Of a DNA stretch of 64,000 bases, positions 55,408 through 64,000 are shown in pieces. The first letter of the stretch is position 1. Each line of letters opens with the position of its first letter. The position numbers were made by a program, and so were the translations under genes. The notes beneath the pieces are model-generated. The model worked only from the letters and a program-made list of their open reading frames with translations. It did no database searches and was not told the DNA's origin. Location of the stretch: positions 928,001 to 992,000 of the forward strand of contig CAWJSJ010000002.1 of assembly GCA_963845565.1 (NCBI GenBank). Reading direction: 5' to 3'. Source of the DNA: an uncultured Methylomirabilota bacterium (lineage in GTDB: Bacteria; Methylomirabilota; Methylomirabilia; Methylomirabilales; 2-02-FULL-66-22).

Positions 55408-57822
55408 ATGACGTCGCATCAACTTCTCGAGCGGGTTAAGGAACTTGGGTGCTTGTATGCGGTTTCCGAGCTCTTGCAAACCCCCAGTCTATCACTGCCC
55501 GCGATCTGCCAGGGCGTCGTGGATCTCATCCCGGCGGGATGGCAGTACCCGGAGAGTGCTTGCGCTCGCCTGATACTGGAGGAGCAGCATTTCGCGACCG
55601 GGAATTTTCGGGAGACCGTGTGGAAGCTGGATAGCCCCGTGGCAGTGTACGGCAGGCCCGTGGGCGCGTTGGAAGTGTATTACCTCAGCGAGAAGCCGAA
55701 CTGCGGGGAGGGGCCGTTTCTTGCGGAAGAGCGGCGCCTGCTGAACGCATTGACTGGACGATTAGGGAAGAGCCTCGAGCGCCAGCAAGCCGAGGCGGCG
55801 CTCCGCCAGAGCGAACTCCTCTTCCACACCTTAGCGCAGGTGTCTCCCGTCGGTATCTTCCGCACCGACGCCCACGGCGACTGTGTGTACGTCAACGAGC
55901 GATGGTGCGAGATCGCTGGAATCTCCGCCGATGCCGCAGTCGGGCAAGGCTGGACGCGAGCCATTCATCCCGAGGATCGGGACCAGGTCTTTACCGAATG
56001 GTATCGAAGCGCGGAGGAGAATCGGCCGTTCAAGATGGAGTACCGGCTGCAACGGCCCGACGGTTTCTCCACCTGGGTCGTGGGCCAAGCCTTGCGAGAG
56101 CCCAGCGGCGCCGATCGCATGGGCGGGTACGTCGGAACGATTACGGACATCACCGACCGCAAACACACGGAGGAAGCGTTGCGGAGGAGCCAGGACAATC
56201 TAACGCGAGCGCAGGAGGTGGCGCACATCGGGAGCTGGCACCTCGACATTCCCGGGAACACCCTCACCTGCTCCGAAGAAGCCTATCGCATCTTCGGCCT
56301 CCCGATCGGAACCCCCCTGACCTATGAACGCTTTCTGGAACTCGTCCATCCGAATGACCGGCGATCCGTCGATGACGCGTGGCGAGCGGCCCTGGCCGGC
56401 GGACGGTCGAGCCTGGAGTACCGCATCGTCGTTGCCGGGGAAGTCAGATGGATCCGCGGAATTGCCGAAATCGAACGCGACGCAGGCGGTGCCCCGTTGC
56501 GTGGCGTCGGCACCAGCCAGGACATCACCCAACACAAGGCCGTGGATGACGCGTTGCGGACTCACATCGCGCAACTCGATGCCCTCCGGGCCGTCAGCGC
56601 CGAAATCATCCGGGAGCTCCACCCTCCAACGTTGCTGGACCTCATCGTGCGCAAGTCCGTGGAATTGGTGGGGGGTGCGGGAGGGACAATCTATCTCTGG
56701 GATGAGTTCGACCAACTTCTCACTCCACACGTCTGGGTTGGGCACAGCGGAACCTGGGTGCGCGACGGAAAGGTCCGAATCGGCGAGGGGCTCGTGGGCC
56801 TCGTCGCGGAGCGGCGCGAGGGATTGATCGTTAACGACTACCGGACCTGGCCACGCGCGCGGGCCTTCATCCTGCAGCAGACCCACGTCACGGCTGCAGT
56901 CGCCGAGCCGCTCCTCTGTCGCAACCGCCTCCTAGGGGTGGTTGCCATTGACGATCAGGGCGGTGGGCGACGATTTACGGAACAAGACCGCATGCGGCTC
57001 CGCCTCTTCGCCGCCCAAGCGGCCATCACCCTAGACAATGCGCAACTCTACGCGCAGGTGCGAGGGCACGCGGAGGAGTTGGAGCGGAAAGTCGAGGAAA
57101 GGACCCGGGAGCTTCAAACCGCCAACGCGGATCTGGAAGCGTTCTCCTACTCCGTCTCGCACGACCTCCGTGCCCCGCTGATCAGTATTGACGGCTTCAG
57201 CACCCGCCTACTCAAGAAATATCAGACCGTGTTGGGTGCGAAAGGGCAGGAGTATCTCCAACATGTGCGAGTCGCGGCGCACCACATGACGGAGCGCATC
57301 GACGCCCTGTTGGCCCTGGCGCGGGTTGGCCACCAAACACTCACCCTGGAGCCCGTCGATCTCAGTGCCCTGGCCCGGATTGTCACCGCCGAACTGCGCC
57401 AGCGCGAACCCGACCGTGCCGCCGAGATTCACATTCAGGAGGACCTCGTCGTCCAGGGTGACGCGCCGCTGCTCCGGGCGCTCTTGGAGAACCTCCTCGG
57501 CAATGCGTGGAAGTTCACGGCACGCCGGCGTCCAGCCCGTATCGACGTCGGACGATTTTCCGGAGAGGGCAACGAAGCGGTCTATTTCGTGCGTGACAAC
57601 GGCGCGGGATTTGACATGGCGTGCACGGACAAACTCTTCGAGGCGTTCGAGCGTCTCCATGCCGCCGACGATTTTCCCGGGACCGGGATCGGTCTCGCCA
57701 CGGTGGAGCGGATTATCCGGCGACATAGGGGCCGCGTGTGGGCGGAAGGCGTGGTAGACGAGGGGGCCACGTTCTTCTTCACCCTAGGCTTCCCGACCCT
57801 CGAGCGCGACCCGAACGCATGA
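55408..57822 (+). CDS. PAS-PAS-GAF sensor histidine kinase (start uncertain, may extend to 55306)
   Basis: ERVKEL N-terminal domain, two PAS (HPEDR, HPNDR), GAF, SHDLRAP, NAWKF, GIGL. Confidence 0.92.
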   Translation: MTSHQLLERVKELGCLYAVSELLQTPSLSLPAICQGVVDLIPAGWQYPESACARLILEEQHFATGNFRETVWKLDSPVAVYGRPVGALEVYYLSEKPNCGEGPFLAEERRLLNALTGRLGKSLERQQAEAALRQSELLFHTLAQVSPVGIFRTDAHGDCVYVNERWCEIAGISADAAVGQGWTRAIHPEDRDQVFTEWYRSAEENRPFKMEYRLQRPDGFSTWVVGQALREPSGADRMGGYVGTITDITDRKHTEEALRRSQDNLTRAQEVAHIGSWHLDIPGNTLTCSEEAYRIFGLPIGTPLTYERFLELVHPNDRRSVDDAWRAALAGGRSSLEYRIVVAGEVRWIRGIAEIERDAGGAPLRGVGTSQDITQHKAVDDALRTHIAQLDALRAVSAEIIRELHPPTLLDLIVRKSVELVGGAGGTIYLWDEFDQLLTPHVWVGHSGTWVRDGKVRIGEGLVGLVAERREGLIVNDYRTWPRARAFILQQTHVTAAVAEPLLCRNRLLGVVAIDDQGGGRRFTEQDRMRLRLFAAQAAITLDNAQLYAQVRGHAEELERKVEERTRELQTANADLEAFSYSVSHDLRAPLISIDGFSTRLLKKYQTVLGAKGQEYLQHVRVAAHHMTERIDALLALARVGHQTLTLEPVDLSALARIVTAELRQREPDRAAEIHIQEDLVVQGDAPLLRALLENLLGNAWKFTARRRPARIDVGRFSGEGNEAVYFVRDNGAGFDMACTDKLFEAFERLHAADDFPGTGIGLATVERIIRRHRGRVWAEGVVDEGATFFFTLGFPTLERDPNA

Positions 57823-58067
57823 CGGAGAGGTGACGTCAGGAATCCCCCATGGTCACTCTGGGTCTCAAACTGGCCCCCGGGCAACCGAACAACTTCTGCA
57901 CCAACTCTGAGCGCAGGGCAGGCGCTTATCGGGCGTTACTTGGATGGCTGCGTGCCCACAAAGCGGCTCGTGTACGTTTCGTTCCCCACGGAGTGGCTTT
58001 TGCTCACGTGGCGGCCCGCTCCTCAGGCGCCCCCCCCTTATCACCAGGAAACGGCGCAGTCCGCGAA

Positions 58068-58152
58068 CCTCACGTCACCCACTCCCCGCTAAACGGCACC
58101 ACCAAAAGCGCGTGTATCCACGTAATTACACCGTATGTTCCCGGTCCGCCGG
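58068..58152 (+). repeat. Repeat family R copy
   Basis: CACGTCACCCACTCCCCGCTAAACGGCACCACCAAAAGCGCGTGTATCCACGTAATTACACCG. Confidence 0.75.
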
Positions 58153-58399
58153 TCGAACTCTCCTGGACGTCCCGACAAGTCACTATACGGCGTCACCAGA
58201 ACATCGAGGTTTCCATCAGTTACACCTGTCTGGTCGGGTCCACCAGGGACGCTTGACAGCAGCGCCGGTCCGCCAATACTCTATGATAGTCCAGGGAGGC
58301 GCCGCGGTGCCGCAGGACGTGGGTCCACGGCTGGGCGATCTTCAAGTGCGAGGACCTCACAGCAGCGAGATGCTGCCAACAGACAGGAGAGCGAGAACC

Positions 58400-58708
58400 A
58401 TGGCGAATGTGCTTACAGTGGTGGCGAAGATCCGGGCGGCGAAGGGAAAGGGAGACGCGCTGGCGGCCCTCCTCAAGGAGCAGGTCGCGGCGGTGAGGAA
58501 GGCCGAGCCGGGCTGCTTGGTCTACCGCCCGCACCGGTCCACCAAGGATCCCGATCTCTTCATCTTCTACGAGCAGTATAAGGACGACGCCGCCTTCGAG
58601 GTTCATCGCTCGGCCCCACACCTCGCCGCCTACCGGGAGCGCCGGGAGAAGGAAGGCCTTACCGAAGGTGCAGCCGAGGTCGAGATCTATCGCTCGATCA
58701 CCGATTAA
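58400..58708 (+). CDS. ABM family / putative quinol monooxygenase
   Basis: AGGAG RBS; AEPGCLVY, FYEQYKD.AAF..H..APH. Confidence 0.9.
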   Translation: MANVLTVVAKIRAAKGKGDALAALLKEQVAAVRKAEPGCLVYRPHRSTKDPDLFIFYEQYKDDAAFEVHRSAPHLAAYRERREKEGLTEGAAEVEIYRSITD

Positions 58709-58887
58709 GCCGTGACGGGAACTGCGTCGTTTGACGCGTATGGCGCCGAGGATTTCAAGTGGCCCATGCCACGATCGGCCGCGGAGGTGGCCGGCGCGTC
58801 GTCGCCTGCGGGCGGGGAGCTTTATACACGCCTCGGGTTGACGGTGCAACTCCCCTGAAGGACGATGCCACAATCGGCCCGCCGACG

Positions 58888-58968
58888 GGCTCACGCCGCC
58901 CATTCCCGGTTGAACTGCACGACGAGCAGTTCGTGTTCCCAGGGAATTATACCCAGGGGTGCGGGCCG
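58888..58968 (+). repeat. Repeat family R copy (degenerate)
   Basis: CACGCCGCCCATTCCCGGTTGAACTGCACGACGAGCAGTTCGTGTTCCCAGGGAATTATACC. Confidence 0.65.
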
Positions 58969-59285
58969 AGAAAGGGAGCCGTCCTCGGTTTTGATTCCCC
59001 CGGCCTCGCATTCCTGCGAGTCGGGGTAATTCGAGTTAGCGATGGCGCTTTCATTTCTGCACGGAGTCTCCTTTGACTTGTCTCCCGATTCGCAGTAGCC
59101 TTTCTGGCGGGATATCGCTCCTCAAGGATGGACAATGTTTATAGGTTACCCGATGAATGGTGCCCTCCTGGCCTAATGAGCCGGAGGGCATTCGTATTCG
59201 GGCGAGCAGGAAGACGAATCTCACAAGGCCAGTACCCATCAAGCGCCAGTTGAGCCCGTAATTCGTTGGCCGCAGGAGGACGCCC

Positions 59286-60386
59286 ATGTGGAAGAAAATT
59301 CTGTTCCCCGGAAAGTATATTCAGGGGGCCGGCGCCTTGGCCGAATTGCCGTCCCTGATCAAGCTGTTTGGCAGCCAGGGGCTGATCCTGGCGTCGCCCA
59401 CGGCGGCTAAGGTCATTGCCCCGCAGAGCGGGGTAGATCTCAACGCGCACGGCTTGCCCGTCGCACGCTTCGCCGGAGAGTGTTGTGAAAAAGAACTCGC
59501 CAGAGTGGCAGCGATGCTCCGAGAGAAACGCAGCGATGTACTGGTGGGCATGGGCGGGGGCAAAACCATCGACACCGCGAAAATCGCCGCGGACCGCGCG
59601 AAGATACCGGTCGTGGTCGTTCCCACCATCGCCTCGACAGATGCGCCCTGTAGTGGGTGTGCCGTGGTGTATTCCGAGCAGGGCGTGTTTGAATCGGTCC
59701 AATACCAGACAGCAAATCCGGCGGCCGTGCTGGTCGATATGGCCATTATCGCCCAGGCGCCCGTCCGGTTTCTCGTGGCGGGGATGGGCGATGCGCTGGC
59801 CACATGGTTCGAAGCCAAGTCCTGTAGTGACACGCAATCCGCCAACGAGTGCGGTGGGCTCAGCACGCTGACGGGACTCACGCTCGCGAAACTGTGTTAT
59901 GACACCTTGCTGCGATATGGCGTGACGGCCAAGATCGCTGCCCAGCAGCACATCATTACCCCGGCACTGGAACACATTGTGGAGGCGAATATCCTCCTGA
60001 GTGGGGTCGGGTTTGAAAGCGGGGGCTTAGCAAGCGCCCATTCCATTCACAACGGTCTGACGGCGCTGAACGAGACGCACGCGTATTACCACGGGGAAAA
60101 GGTGGCGTTTGGCGTGCTGGCCGGCCTGCAACTCACTGATGCCCTGCCGGAAGAATCGGCCCGCGTGTTCTCCTTCTGTGAGGCGGTTGGCCTGCCCACC
60201 ACCTTGGCCGACATTGGGCATGGCAATATCGACCACCCCCGACTGATGCTCGTCGCGGAAAAGGCCTGCGCGCCCGGCGAATACATTCATCACGAAGCGG
60301 GCGAGATCACGCCGGCCAAAGTGCTTCAGGCGATGCTGGCGGCAAACGCCATCGGAGAACACCGGAAAAGACAACGAGCTGCATAG
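59286..60386 (+). CDS. gldA: Glycerol dehydrogenase
   Basis: PGKYIQG, GGGKTIDTAK, PTIASTDAPCS, GDALATWFEA, AHSIHNGLT, HGEKVAFG. Confidence 0.95.
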   Translation: MWKKILFPGKYIQGAGALAELPSLIKLFGSQGLILASPTAAKVIAPQSGVDLNAHGLPVARFAGECCEKELARVAAMLREKRSDVLVGMGGGKTIDTAKIAADRAKIPVVVVPTIASTDAPCSGCAVVYSEQGVFESVQYQTANPAAVLVDMAIIAQAPVRFLVAGMGDALATWFEAKSCSDTQSANECGGLSTLTGLTLAKLCYDTLLRYGVTAKIAAQQHIITPALEHIVEANILLSGVGFESGGLASAHSIHNGLTALNETHAYYHGEKVAFGVLAGLQLTDALPEESARVFSFCEAVGLPTTLADIGHGNIDHPRLMLVAEKACAPGEYIHHEAGEITPAKVLQAMLAANAIGEHRKRQRAA

Positions 60387-60419
60387 CCTCGTTTCATACG
60401 TCACAGTTTGTAGACTGCC

Positions 60420-60790
60420 GCCAACGAGTTACGCCGCTAGCGCGCATTCTCCATTAAACGGCACGATCAAATGTGGTTGATTCTAAGTAATTATGCCTAT
60501 CGGTCCGGGCCCTCGGCACCCCTTCCCTTACCATCATGAGATCCGTCACGCGGCGGACCTCACGCCGCCCACTCCCCGTGGAACGGCACCACCAGAAGCT
60601 CGTGTTTCCAGGTGATTACACCGTGTGTTCCGGGCCCCCGGCACCATTCCTCATATCCTTATACCGCCTTAGTCACGCCGCAACGATCCCTTCCAACCGG
60701 ATCGTCATGTTCACATGGCTGATCGGATCGAGAGTGATATCTTTGGAGAAAATCCCCCCGAGGACACCTGCAATACGTACGTGTGCTTCC
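60420..60790 (+). repeat. Two tandem copies of repeat family R (about 125 bp apart), the second one long
   Basis: AACGGCAC core at about 60457 and 60582; downstream GTGATATCTTTGGAG as in the 52510 copy. Confidence 0.75.
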
Positions 60791-61022
60791 CGATAACGCG
60801 TGATCATCGGTCCGGTTGATCTTTTCGACGATCCGCATCAAGCTGCCCCCGCGGATATCCGCTTCCCCTCGTCGAAAGGGTCCTATATCATGATGCCCGT
60901 CAGTCACGGCCCCCGGGCAGAATCCGGCATGATTCGCCTCATGCAGGGCTCGCTGAACTCGTCCTCGGCTTATTCCACCTCAAACGCCGGCCGGGCACCG
61001 GCCCGGCCCGAGGGAGGGACGC

Positions 61023-62195
61023 ATGCTTGCGCTACGCCTGACGTCCGAGAACACGCTGCCGTCCGAGGGGCTCGCCGGAACCTTTCTGGCCCGGGTCTGG
61101 GTACCGGCGGACGGGCCGACGCCCGCCCTCGTGACGCCCGATGGGGTCTTCTCGCTGTTCCCCGCTGCGCCGACGCTCGCCCAGCTCTTGGCCGCCGAGA
61201 ATCCGGTCGGTATCGCACACGAGCAGGCGGGTCCGCGCATCGGCAGTGTCCCAGAGGTGCTGGAGAATACGGCGCACGATCGCCGGGATCCCGCGCGCCC
61301 CTGGTTCCTCGCGCCCGCCGATCTCCAGGCCCTCAAAGCGTGCGGGGTGACCTTTGTCAAGAGCATGCTCGAGCGGGTGATCGAGAACCTCGCGGCCGGC
61401 GATCCGGATGCGGCGGCCGCGACGCGGGCCACGATCGAAGCGGAAGCGGGCAGCCTCTCCCGGGTCACCCCCGGGTCTCCCGAAGCCGCCCGGGTCAAGC
61501 AGGCGTTGGTGGCCCGCGGCCTGTGGTCGCCCTTCATGGAAGTGGGGATCGGCCCAGACGCCGAGATCTTCACGAAAGCCCAGCCGATGTCCGCCGTGGG
61601 CACGGGCGACGAGGTGGGGGTGTTGCCCAGCTCCGCCTGGAACAACCCGGAGCCCGAAGTCGTCCTGGTGGTGTCGCCGGCCGGCCGCATCGTCGGGGCG
61701 ACCATCGGAAACGATGTGAACATCCGAGATATGGTGGGCCGGAGTATCCTGCTGGCGTGCCGTGCCAAGGACAACCGTGCCTCCTGCGCTGTCGGTCCGT
61801 TCATCCGCCTGTTTGATGCAACCTTCACCTTGGACGACGTCCGGCGCACGGTCCTCAACCTGCGGATCGAGGGGGAGGACGGATTCGCCCTGTCCGAGCG
61901 CCATTGTATGGGCGACATCAGCCGGGACGTGACCGACCTCGTTGCGCAGACCATCGGTCCGCACAACCAGTATCCGGATGGGCTGTTGCTCTTTACCGGA
62001 ACCAGTGTCGCGCCGGCCGCGGACCGAGAGGGCCCCGGCAGGGGGTTCACGCACCACGTGGGAGACCTGGTGACGATCAGCACCCCGAAGTTGGGCGCGC
62101 TCATCAACCGGGTCAACCACACCGATCGGATTTCCCCCTGGACATTCGGCATTGGACAACTGATTGAGAACCTCCGAGGGCGCCCCCGTCGGTGA
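61023..62195 (+). CDS. Fumarylacetoacetate hydrolase family protein (XylX-like)
   Basis: KACGVTF..SMLERVIE, GPDAEIFTK, WNNPEPE, GNDVN.RD, AKDN. Confidence 0.9.
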   Translation: MLALRLTSENTLPSEGLAGTFLARVWVPADGPTPALVTPDGVFSLFPAAPTLAQLLAAENPVGIAHEQAGPRIGSVPEVLENTAHDRRDPARPWFLAPADLQALKACGVTFVKSMLERVIENLAAGDPDAAAATRATIEAEAGSLSRVTPGSPEAARVKQALVARGLWSPFMEVGIGPDAEIFTKAQPMSAVGTGDEVGVLPSSAWNNPEPEVVLVVSPAGRIVGATIGNDVNIRDMVGRSILLACRAKDNRASCAVGPFIRLFDATFTLDDVRRTVLNLRIEGEDGFALSERHCMGDISRDVTDLVAQTIGPHNQYPDGLLLFTGTSVAPAADREGPGRGFTHHVGDLVTISTPKLGALINRVNHTDRISPWTFGIGQLIENLRGRPRR

Positions 62196-62541
62196 GAGCG
62201 GCAGTCATGGGGGACGTTCCAGTTCTTGTCGTCTTGCGATGCCTCTGGGGCCGCATGCTCGGCCACGCGTTGTGATGCGCGACGTCGTCTACCTCGTAGG
62301 GGGGCGCGGTCTGCCACGCCCTGCCAGGCCGTGTGGAGGAGGGGAGGGGCAGCCGCGGCCAATGCGTGGCGACGTGCCTCGCGCGAGGGAGGCGGGTCGG
62401 TGGGGAAACGGGGTTAGTGGAAAAGAGCCCGCAAGACGACGTAAACCGGAACGTCCCCCATTACAGGACTTGACCGAGGGTCCCGCTCGGCGATAGTCTC
62501 CCGCCCGATTGACCCCATATCTACGCTTTCGCGGTCATGGC

Positions 62542-62556
62542 TGGCCCGTGCCTTGC
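62542..62556 (+). promoter_or_regulatory. Putative sigma54 promoter
   Basis: TGGCCCGTGCCTTGC. Confidence 0.55.
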
Positions 62557-62707
62557 TCGCCACAGGAGCGCGCCCGTCGGCTCGGCGTGCCACCGTGGGG
62601 CGCAGACGTGGGACGGTTCGTTGGTTTCGGAATCCATGCAGGAGTGCGAAGCGAGTGCGACCGTCTGGCGTAATTGCGGCCGGTCCCCCATGGAGGAGGA
62701 AAAACCT

Positions 62708-64000
62708 GTGCGCCTTCTCGTAACGTTCTGCCTGGTGGTCACACTCCTGCCTCTCGGTATCGCGCTGGCGGGAGCCCCCACGCCCATGGGCGCCCCGCAG
62801 GTGCCTCAGCCGGGGCCGGGCGCGCCGAACACCGGCGCATGGCCGCGGGCCTTCACCCTCGCCCCCGGGGGCCAGGCGGTCTTTGGGATCTCGGTCGGCG
62901 CGCCGGGGCCGGTCCAGGTCGGGATTAATTGGAGCGGTCCCCCGCTCGCGTTTGCGCTGCGGGACCCGAGTGGCCGCATCCAGAAACAGGCGACGGACCA
63001 ACGGCCACCGTCGGTCCGCCTGGACCATGCGGCCCACGCCGCCGGCGTCTGGTCGCTGGTCATTTCGAACCCCGCGCCGGTGCAGGCGCCGGCCGCCCCA
63101 GCCGGGCAGTCCTCAGTGCCCGCGACAGCCCAGGGGCAGGTGGGCGCAAACCTCCCGTACGCGAACCCGGTCTCGCCCCCAACGGCCGCCGCAACTGGGC
63201 TGCAGGCCGCCCAGCCGTCGCAGGTCGCGCCGGCAGGGCCAGCCCTGTCCCCCTGTGAGATGGCCGGCAACTGCCCGCCGCAGGGAAGCATCGCCATCAC
63301 CGCGCCCCAAGCCGGGACGGTCTGGTCCACGGGGTCTTACCACGTGATCCAGTGGGCCTTCAGCGGCACGCGCAGCACCACCGCGGACGTCACGCTGTGG
63401 CAGAACAACCAGCAGGTCGCTACCGTCTGGACCGGCTCCGCCACGGGCAAGGCCGCCTACATCGTCCCCTTCGGGGCACCGGCGGGCACGTATGAGCTCC
63501 GCGTGACCCTCCAGACCGATCGCCGGGTGGAGGCCCGGCAGCCCGTCGCCATCGTACCGACGGCCGTCACCGTCACCGCTCCGGCCGCGGCCCTTGTCAC
63601 GGGCGCGCCCCACACCATCACCTGGTCCTACACCGGGAGCATCACGACGATGAAGCTCTCCGTCGTGGACCCCTACGGAACGGTGGTGCAGTCCTTCCCG
63701 AACGTTCCGGCGGGAAGCAACGGCAAGGGGAGCTGGCCCTGGACGGCGCCCGTGCTGCCTGCGGGGAAAGCCTCGGCAGAGTACCGCTTCCAGGTCAGCG
63801 GGACCTTCCACAAGGACGTGACGAACAACAACGCCATGACCGAAGTCGTGCTGGGCACCTCCAATCCCTTCACGGTCCGGCTGCCCAAGATCGAGGTGGG
63901 AACGCGTTTCCTCGTCGATGCCGGCGTGGCGGAATGCTCTGCGGGGAAACAGTACCAGTTCTCCTGGACCAGCGAGCTCAACGGAAAACCGGTGAAGGTC
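62708..64000 (+). CDS. Secreted Pro/Ala-rich protein with repeated Ig-like (Kre9/Ser-Thr-rich type) domains; 3' truncated by window
   Basis: GGAGGA RBS, GTG start, signal peptide; repeats IAITAPQAGTVW..G..HVIQW and VTAP..LVTG..HTITW; open to window end. Confidence 0.8.
   Translation, partial: MRLLVTFCLVVTLLPLGIALAGAPTPMGAPQVPQPGPGAPNTGAWPRAFTLAPGGQAVFGISVGAPGPVQVGINWSGPPLAFALRDPSGRIQKQATDQRPPSVRLDHAAHAAGVWSLVISNPAPVQAPAAPAGQSSVPATAQGQVGANLPYANPVSPPTAAATGLQAAQPSQVAPAGPALSPCEMAGNCPPQGSIAITAPQAGTVWSTGSYHVIQWAFSGTRSTTADVTLWQNNQQVATVWTGSATGKAAYIVPFGAPAGTYELRVTLQTDRRVEARQPVAIVPTAVTVTAPAAALVTGAPHTITWSYTGSITTMKLSVVDPYGTVVQSFPNVPAGSNGKGSWPWTAPVLPAGKASAEYRFQVSGTFHKDVTNNNAMTEVVLGTSNPFTVRLPKIEVGTRFLVDAGVAECSAGKQYQFSWTSELNGKPVKV

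Noticed and set aside
52510..60790. Repeat family R as a CRISPR array
   Set aside because: Copies are long, degenerate and irregularly spaced by whole genes, and no cas genes are present.

Overview
High-GC bacterial chromosomal segment; gene style and repeat types suggest a Methylomirabilota/Rokubacteria-like organism (inference only). Positions 1-41.7 kb are mostly core and transport genes: proS end, yicC-remA-gmk-rpoZ, mobB-mobA, a putative aminofutalosine deaminase plus mqnA, two tandem tripartite tricarboxylate transporters, dapF, a creatininase with peptide-type ABC genes, an AfuABC-like ABC system with two phosphatases, mreBCD-mrdA-rodA, a SurA/PpiD-like protein and a frameshifted Memo (AmmeMemoRadiSam B) gene. 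From tRNA-Ala (41.8 kb) onward the region is accessory: small secreted proteins with sigma54-like promoters, an NtrC-type regulator and Cache kinase, and tRNA-Leu with a 46-bp duplicate of its 3' half. After that comes a mosaic island of single genes separated by five degenerate copies of an unexplained non-coding repeat. At least three MITE-like or hairpin repeat families and many heptamer tandem repeats occupy intergenic spaces. No CRISPR array, integrase or transposase was seen. Several single-base frameshifts may be sequencing errors.
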